64,000 bases of DNA from Truepera sp. (GTDB lineage Bacteria; Deinococcota; Deinococci; Deinococcales; Trueperaceae): positions 1,024,001-1,088,000 of the forward strand of contig CBDCKW010000009.1 of assembly GCA_965218435.1 (NCBI GenBank), given 5' to 3'. A program made the position numbers and the translations under genes. The notes under the pieces are model-generated. The model searched no databases and had not been told where the DNA came from. It saw only the letters and a program-made list of their open reading frames with translations. Below are positions 57,852-64,000 of the stretch, piece by piece. Position 1 is the stretch's first letter. Every line of letters begins with the position of its first letter.

Positions 57852-59153
57852 GTGAAGACAGGTGTTGATTCGGCAATGCGTGGTGAGCTAGCACAGTTGC
57901 CTACGACTTTCTCCTTTGAGACTCTTAAAGAGCGCGGCGCGGCGCGGCTGGGCCGCCTAAGTACGGCGCACGGGACGATAGACACGCCCGCGTTCGTCGC
58001 AGTGGGGACACAAGCCGCTGTTAAAACCCTGACCCCACAAGAAACCCAAGAGGTCGGGACACAGGTGATTTTTGCCAACACCTATCACCTGTACTTGCGC
58101 CCCGGCGCGGAACTCGTCGCAGAGGCTGGCGGTGTCCACCGCTTTATGGGCTGGGACAAACCCATCATGACCGATTCGGGCGGCTTTCAGGTATTTTCGC
58201 TGGGGGCAGGGCTCGAGCACGGCGTCGGCAAGGTCGCCAACATCTTCCCCGGTGAAGCGGGCGGCGTGTTGACCGGCAAACGCGCTGCCAGCTCGAAGCC
58301 CCTGATGACCGTGACCGAAGAAGAGGTGCGGTTCAAAAGCCACCTTGACGGCTCGGCGCACGTCTTTACCCCGGAAAAGTCCGTGCTGGTGCAGCGAGCA
58401 CTCGGCGCAGATATCATCTTAGCCTTCGACGAATGCACCAGCCCTTTGCATGATGAAGCGTACACCGCCAAAAGTGCCGCCCGGACGCACCGCTGGGCTG
58501 AACGCTCGCTCCGCGCGTTTCAGGAGAGCGAGCCGCAGCACGGCTTTGAACAGACGCTTTACGGCATTGTCCAGGGGGGCGCGTTCGAGGCAGTGCGTAA
58601 AGAGAGTGCGCGGGTCATCGCCGGGATGGATTTCGGCGGGCTGGCGATTGGCGGCAATCTGGGCAAAACCAAAGACGAGATGCGGAGCGTCCTCGAGTGG
58701 ACGACGCCGCTGTTGCCGCCGCAAAAACCGCGTCACCTCTTGGGTATCGGTGAAGTCGCGGACATCTTTGACGGCGTAGAGCGTGGCTGCGACACCTTTG
58801 ACTGCGTGGCCCCGACCCGGAACGCCCGGAACGGCGGTATCTTGGTACGGTTTGATGAGGGTAAATCTGCGCCCAAGTTTCGGCTTAATATCCGCAACGC
58901 TCGCTTTGCCAAAGACCCCAGGCCGCTCGAGGAAGGCTGCGACTGTTATACGTGCAAAACCTTTTCTCGCGGTTACTTGCGCCATCTTTTCAAAGCCGAA
59001 GAACCGCTCGGACAGCGGTTAGCGACAGTTCACAACCTGCGGTTTATGGCGCGGCTGATGGAGGAGATTCGGGCGAGTCTCGAGGCCGGAACGTTTGCGG
59101 AGTTGAAGCGGGAGTGGTTAGGGGCTGCTGACTATACCTTGACAGGTAATTGA
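57852..59153 (+). CDS. tgt: tRNA-guanine transglycosylase
   Basis: NTYHL, TDSGGFQVFSL, GIVQGG, FDCV, CDCYTC...H zinc site; start GTG 57852 or ATG 57876. Confidence 0.96.
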   Translation: MKTGVDSAMRGELAQLPTTFSFETLKERGAARLGRLSTAHGTIDTPAFVAVGTQAAVKTLTPQETQEVGTQVIFANTYHLYLRPGAELVAEAGGVHRFMGWDKPIMTDSGGFQVFSLGAGLEHGVGKVANIFPGEAGGVLTGKRAASSKPLMTVTEEEVRFKSHLDGSAHVFTPEKSVLVQRALGADIILAFDECTSPLHDEAYTAKSAARTHRWAERSLRAFQESEPQHGFEQTLYGIVQGGAFEAVRKESARVIAGMDFGGLAIGGNLGKTKDEMRSVLEWTTPLLPPQKPRHLLGIGEVADIFDGVERGCDTFDCVAPTRNARNGGILVRFDEGKSAPKFRLNIRNARFAKDPRPLEEGCDCYTCKTFSRGYLRHLFKAEEPLGQRLATVHNLRFMARLMEEIRASLEAGTFAELKREWLGAADYTLTGN

Positions 59154-59154
59154 G

Positions 59155-59931
59155 ATGCTTTTTGAAATGTTGGCTGGTTACACCCGAAAGCCTGTCGTTT
59201 TGGGACACTCAGGCGCAGAGGTCTTTCAGCTCGTTTCTCCAGGCAAGCCGACACTCTTCGTCAAACAAGGGACAACAGTGCATAGCAACCATTTGCGTGC
59301 TGAGGCGGCGCGGCTCAAATGGCTACAGGGCAAGTCGCTGGTGCCGGAGCTTATCTATTTGCATGAAGATGCGCACGGCACAGCGTTGGTCATGACCTCC
59401 GTTCCTGGTGTCAATCTGACGCATTTCAACGATTCTAGCCCGGAGGTCAAGCGGCGGATGACGGTAACGCTTGCTCGAGCCCTTAAACAGTTTCACGCTG
59501 TAGACGCACGCGGTTGCCCGTTTGACCATCGCGTCACAAAGGAGTTGGGGCGGCTGGAAATGCAGCTTTCAGAGCGTGAGGCGTCGGCGGGCGACAGCTC
59601 TAATTTAGAGGCTGCACGGGAAAAGCTCGAGGCACTCTATCAAATGCGACCCGAAGAAGACCTCGTTTTAACTCACGGGGACGCTTGCTTACCCAATGTT
59701 TTGGTTTTAGAAGGTGAGCTTTCGGGCTTTGTTGACCTCGGCGCTATGGGGCTCGGTGACCGCACCCGTGACCTCGAGCGTGCGTGCTGGAGCTTGGGCT
59801 ATAACTACAGCGAAGGGTATGACGACGTGTTCTTGGAAGCTTACGGCGTGACTGAGCTAGACCGAAAAAAACTGGACTTTTACCGAACGTTAGAGTCTTT
59901 TTCGTTTGAAGAAGATCGACCTTTTGTCTAA
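59155..59931 (+). CDS. Aminoglycoside phosphotransferase family, APH(3')-like
   Basis: GHSGAEV, LFVK, EAARLKWL, CPFD, HGDACLPN, FVDLG, DR.RD. Confidence 0.85.
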   Translation: MLFEMLAGYTRKPVVLGHSGAEVFQLVSPGKPTLFVKQGTTVHSNHLRAEAARLKWLQGKSLVPELIYLHEDAHGTALVMTSVPGVNLTHFNDSSPEVKRRMTVTLARALKQFHAVDARGCPFDHRVTKELGRLEMQLSEREASAGDSSNLEAAREKLEALYQMRPEEDLVLTHGDACLPNVLVLEGELSGFVDLGAMGLGDRTRDLERACWSLGYNYSEGYDDVFLEAYGVTELDRKKLDFYRTLESFSFEEDRPFV

Positions 59932-60190
59932 GACTGAGGTATCTGCCGTCTCGAAATGAGCGTGAGTAAAACTTATGCGTGCAAGCTTGCTGCTCTTTAC
60001 GTCAGCCTGACCGCCAGAATAGTGAAGCTGGTTTGGACTGGAGTTATAAACGTTGTCTCTGTCCTTATCGGGGTTGTTACCCTGATCATTGCGCTCGTCG
60101 GCTTGATTTCTAATGTCTTGCTAACAGCACGCTTCCAAAACTGTGCCCCCGCCGCTCTCACCCCTGCAACCCGCTCCGGTATAGTGGGAT

Positions 60191-61681
60191 GTGAAGAAGA
60201 AAATTATCATTATCGGTAGCGGCTTCGGCGCACTCGGGGCCGCCGCCCGTCTCCTTGCCGCCGGACACGACGTCACGGTCTTTGAAAAACGAGACAAGCT
60301 CGGGGGCCGCGCCTACGTTTACGAGTTGGACGGCTTTAAGTTCGACGGCGGCCCGACGATTGTCACCGCGCCGTTTATGTTTGACGACATCTTCGAGGCG
60401 GCGGGAAAACGCCGCGAAGACTATTTCGAGCTGGTCAAGTGCGACCCGTTTTACCGGATTTTTGACGCGGATGGGCGGCCCTTCGACTACAACGACGACG
60501 AGATGTTTACCTTAAGCGAGATTCAGCAGCGCAACCCGAAAGATAAAGAAGGGTATCTGCGTTTTATCCGCTCGACCAAGGCGATCTTTCAAAAAGGCTT
60601 TGTCGAACTTGCCGATAAGCCTTTTCTGAGCGTCTGGGATATGCTCAAGGTTGCGCCTGATTTGGTTCGCTTGCAGTCGTATAAGAGCGTGTACAAGTAC
60701 GCGTCAGGCTTTGTTGAAGACGAATTTTTACGTAAAGTGTTTTCGTTTCACCCGCTGCTCGTCGGCGGCAACCCGTTCGATACGACCTCGATCTACGCGA
60801 TGATTCACTACCTCGAGCGCGAGTGGGGCGTGTGGTACGCGATGGGCGGTACCGGCGCAATCGTCAAGGGCTTGGGGCGGCTCATCACCGAACTCGGCGG
60901 CGAAATCTACTTAAACGCTGAAGTAGACGAGATTGTCGTAGACAAAGGTGAGGGCGAACGGCGCGTCAAAGGCGTGCGGATGCAAGACGGGAGTGTGCGC
61001 ACCGCCGACGCCGTAGTTTCCAACGCGGACGTGGCCTACACCTACCGCAGCATGATCGCGCCCGAGCACCGCCGCAAATACACCGACAAAAAAATCGAAT
61101 CCATGAAATACGCGATGTCGCTATTCGTCATCTATTTCGGGACGAAAAAGCGTTATCTGGACACCAAACTCAAACACCACAACATCATCTTGGGTGAGCG
61201 GTATGAAGAGCTGCTCCAGGACATCTTTAACAAGCATCACGTCGCTGACGACTTTTCATTGTATCTGCACATGCCGACCTATACCGACCCGAGCATGGCC
61301 CCGGAAGGGTGCGAGTCGTTTTACGTGCTTTCGCCGGTACCACATCTGGGTTCGGGGACGGACTGGAAGGCCGCTGCAAAACCCTACCGCGACCTCATCA
61401 TGCAGTTTTTAGAAGATAACTACCTGCCCGATCTGCAAGAGAACATCGTCGTCGAGCACATGATTGACCCGCTGCATTTTCAAGATACGCTCAACTCGTA
61501 TCAAGGGTCGGCATTTAGCGTGCAGCCGCTTCTTACGCAGTCGGCGTGGTTTCGGCCGCACAACCGCAGTGAGGAGTTTGGCAACCTCTACTTTGTGGGT
61601 GCGGGGACGCATCCGGGAGCGGGGTTGCCGGGGGTATTGTCGAGTTCAAAAATTGTTGAGAACTTGATTGGGGCGGCTTAA
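60191..61681 (+). CDS. crtI: Phytoene desaturase (CrtI family)
   Basis: [42 protein letters not shown]. Confidence 0.95.
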   Translation: MKKKIIIIGSGFGALGAAARLLAAGHDVTVFEKRDKLGGRAYVYELDGFKFDGGPTIVTAPFMFDDIFEAAGKRREDYFELVKCDPFYRIFDADGRPFDYNDDEMFTLSEIQQRNPKDKEGYLRFIRSTKAIFQKGFVELADKPFLSVWDMLKVAPDLVRLQSYKSVYKYASGFVEDEFLRKVFSFHPLLVGGNPFDTTSIYAMIHYLEREWGVWYAMGGTGAIVKGLGRLITELGGEIYLNAEVDEIVVDKGEGERRVKGVRMQDGSVRTADAVVSNADVAYTYRSMIAPEHRRKYTDKKIESMKYAMSLFVIYFGTKKRYLDTKLKHHNIILGERYEELLQDIFNKHHVADDFSLYLHMPTYTDPSMAPEGCESFYVLSPVPHLGSGTDWKAAAKPYRDLIMQFLEDNYLPDLQENIVVEHMIDPLHFQDTLNSYQGSAFSVQPLLTQSAWFRPHNRSEEFGNLYFVGAGTHPGAGLPGVLSSSKIVENLIGAA

Positions 61682-61880
61682 GTGTCGGTTTCAAATGAGC
61701 TTGGCGCGTAGTCCGACGAGCCGTTTGCAACCTGTTTGGGCGTAATCTCAATACCGATACGTCTTGGTAAACATAGTTCTGCTCGAGCTGCTGAACTCTA
61801 TTATTCCTACTTCTTCCGCCCGATTTGCCGCCGACGTCTCGAGCTGTCAAAACCTCAGCGGCACCCAGACTCAGCATTAC

Positions 61881-62216
61881 CTAAAACACCGCTTGCAGCG
61901 TCCAGAGCGCGGCCATCCCCGCTAACAGCGTCCAGATCACGCTTTTGGTCGCCCCCGCCACGACACCTGCCAAAAGTCCGGCGATAAGTTTTTCATTGCC
62001 GAGGGTGAGCGCGAGCCGCCCCTCTTGAAAAACGAGCGCCGGAACAACGATGGCTGAAAGCACCGCCGCCGGAACGAAGCGGAGCGCCCGCGCCACCGCT
62101 GGCGGCAGTCTAAAACAGCCTGAAAGTGTGATAAACGACGCGCGTAGCGCAAAGGTGATGACGCCCATCGCAAGCATCGTCAGCCAGAGCCCCCAACCGC
62201 TCAGTGTTTCGTTCAT
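61881..62216 (-). CDS. azlD: AzlD branched-chain amino acid exporter small subunit
   Basis: T...R.SF, ALRFVPAAVLSA; ATGA overlap with azlC. Confidence 0.88.
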   Translation of the reverse strand: MNETLSGWGLWLTMLAMGVITFALRASFITLSGCFRLPPAVARALRFVPAAVLSAIVVPALVFQEGRLALTLGNEKLIAGLLAGVVAGATKSVIWTLLAGMAALWTLQAVF

Positions 62217-62917
62217 GGTCGCTGTCCGGTGTTGGTTTTAACGACAGTCTCGGCTACGACGCCGGTGCCGATGCCGACGAGCGCCGCGACGATCAGCGAC
62301 AGGTTAAAGGGAAGCGCGTGCATGACGACAACTGTCACACTGGCGGCAAGGGCCGCTGTGACCGAGGCGCGGTCGGTGACGGCCGGGACGATGAGCGCCA
62401 TAAAGATCAGTGGAATGGCGAACTCTAAAGACCATCCTTCAGGGACCTGTGCGCCGACAATCACCCCGACAGTGGTCGCTACCATCCATACGCACCAGAT
62501 CGGCGCAGCGAAGCCCAGATAATAGAGCCCTTTATGTCGCATCTCGGGCTCACGGACGAAGCGGGCGACGCTGAGCGCGTAGGCTTGGTCGGTCATGAGG
62601 TAGGCGAGGGCGCTCCGAAAGGCCACTCCAAGCCGCGCCAGATAGGGCGCGAGCGAGGCGCTGTACATGGCAAAACGCAGGTTGATAAAAAACGTCGTGA
62701 GCAAAATGACGAATACGGGCGCACCCGAAGCAATCAGTTGTAATCCTGCAAGTTGGGACGCACCGGCAAAAACGAGCGCGGAGAGCATGACGGCCTGAAG
62801 GTTGCTCAGCCCGACACTCGCTGCGCTGACGCCTGCCACGAGGCCGAACGGGACGATGCCGAGCATGATGGGTAGACCGACCCGCACGCCGGAGAAAAAA
62901 GTGTTGAGGGGGGACAC
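62213..62917 (-). CDS. azlC: AzlC branched-chain amino acid exporter permease
   Basis: FAGASQ, NLRFAMYSASL, TDQAYA. Confidence 0.92.
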   Translation of the reverse strand: MSPLNTFFSGVRVGLPIMLGIVPFGLVAGVSAASVGLSNLQAVMLSALVFAGASQLAGLQLIASGAPVFVILLTTFFINLRFAMYSASLAPYLARLGVAFRSALAYLMTDQAYALSVARFVREPEMRHKGLYYLGFAAPIWCVWMVATTVGVIVGAQVPEGWSLEFAIPLIFMALIVPAVTDRASVTAALAASVTVVVMHALPFNLSLIVAALVGIGTGVVAETVVKTNTGQRP

Positions 62918-63047
62918 CCGTCCACTTTACGTTACTCAGCCCTCACGGTAGGGGGTAGACCCGGACTAGGCCGCGTTGCTACTGTTATCGTCATGTCTTG
63001 GTGTCATAGCTTAAGTACGTGAGAAACACCGTCTTTAGCTGGCTACC

Positions 63048-63075
63048 AATTTCTCAGTCCTTTATTCTGAATTCT
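63048..63075 (-). repeat. Degenerate 7-nt tandem repeat (AGAANNN)
   Basis: Minus strand: agaattc agaataa aggactg agaaatt. Confidence 0.55.
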
Positions 63076-63122
63076 CCTTTGCGGCACGCTGCCAACGCTC
63101 CCAGCTGAGAGGTCAGCCAAGC

Positions 63123-64000
63123 CTAAAGCCCCCGCATCGTAAACACCTGGGCAAAGGGTTTTTTAAGCGGCGTGTGCAAGATGCTCCACGCTAAGGTGTC
63201 GCGGAGCGGTGCGAGCGGCGTAGCGCGGCCCATCATGGTATTGAATTCGGCGCGGAGGGTGGCGTTTTGCGCGGCGCGGCGGTGTCCGGCGTAGGTGCCG
63301 AAGCCTTCCCCTTTAGCGAGCGTGTCCGCCAGTCGCCACGCGCCCAACCAACCGAGGTTCATCCCTTGCCCGCCGATCGGACTTACGACGTGTGCGGCGT
63401 CACCGACCAGAGCGACGCGGCCCACCGTCAAGCGGTCGGCTAAAAAATGCTGGACGCCGAAGCTCGAGACCATGGTGTTCGTCTCGAGGGGCAACGCGAC
63501 GCCCAGCCGCTCACCGATCAGCTTTCCCAATAGCTCCGGTTTCGGCCCCTTGACAAACTGCGGGGTTTTGGCTACCCAACGCCGCACGCCGCCGGGGAGC
63601 GGAAACGACTCGACGAGGCCCGCACGCGTAAAGTAGAGCCCCGCGTCGCTGCCGAGCTCAGTCGTGTCGGCAAAGTCGCCCATCACGTAGGTGTCGGGAT
63701 AGTGTTTACCGCAAAAGGAGACACCTAAACTTTGCCGGACGAAGCTGTCTTTGCCGTCGGCTGCGACCAAAAAGCGGCTCCGCAGGGCTTGGCCGGTTTG
63801 GAGCGTCACGCTAACGCTGTTTGAACCAGATTCGAGCTTCACCACCCCAGCTTTGACGAGAGCCCCAGGCGACAGCTCGTCTAACCGGCTTGCTAACAGC
63901 GCCTCGGTTCGTGGTTGAGGCAAGGTGAGGATAAACGCGTAGGGCGGCCGACACATTGAAAAGGGAAGCGTTCCCAGATGTTTGGTACCGGCAAAAGCGT
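63123..64000 (-). CDS. FAD-dependent monooxygenase (UbiH/PheA-like); 5' end outside window
   Basis: ADG..S.VR, GDAAHVVSPIGGQGMNLG; N-terminal GxGxxG not in window. Confidence 0.88.
   Translation of the reverse strand, partial: AFAGTKHLGTLPFSMCRPPYAFILTLPQPRTEALLASRLDELSPGALVKAGVVKLESGSNSVSVTLQTGQALRSRFLVAADGKDSFVRQSLGVSFCGKHYPDTYVMGDFADTTELGSDAGLYFTRAGLVESFPLPGGVRRWVAKTPQFVKGPKPELLGKLIGERLGVALPLETNTMVSSFGVQHFLADRLTVGRVALVGDAAHVVSPIGGQGMNLGWLGAWRLADTLAKGEGFGTYAGHRRAAQNATLRAEFNTMMGRATPLAPLRDTLAWSILHTPLKKPFAQVFTMRGL

Overview
Moderately GC-rich bacterial chromosome segment. Gene content, protein style and many apparently leaderless starts point to Deinococcota, probably Trueperaceae-like (inference). 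In order: partial zinc metallopeptidase; spoVS with an apparent ATC start; an attenuator-controlled branched-chain amino acid cluster (leader peptide, ilvB-ilvN-ilvC-leuA, inserted hicBA and racemase genes, cimA); gltB with no adjacent gltD; a ugp-like ABC transporter; an RqkA-like Ser/Thr kinase; a small accessory island (MerR plus MFS efflux, frameshifted IS3, SDR, intact ISAs1); murA; yvcK-rapZ; a run of small unknown genes; alkylation-repair genes; a persulfide dioxygenase-rhodanese; sufE; aroA-cmk-nadK; a glycosyltransferase-like gene flanked by two inverted MITE-like copies; a four-gene operon (acidic repeat-rich secreted protein, lipoprotein, OmpR-type regulator, kinase) behind 11-bp-periodic boxes; zapE; aquaporin; tgt; aph; crtI; azlCD; partial FAD monooxygenase. 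I saw no rRNA, tRNA or CRISPR array and cannot claim a clearly new multi-gene system. The best leads are the unannotated CTA-rich leader peptide, the ATC start, the MITE pair, the two-component operon with unknown envelope proteins, CTCGAG over-representation and dispersed heptamer repeats. All calls are by eye, without database searches.
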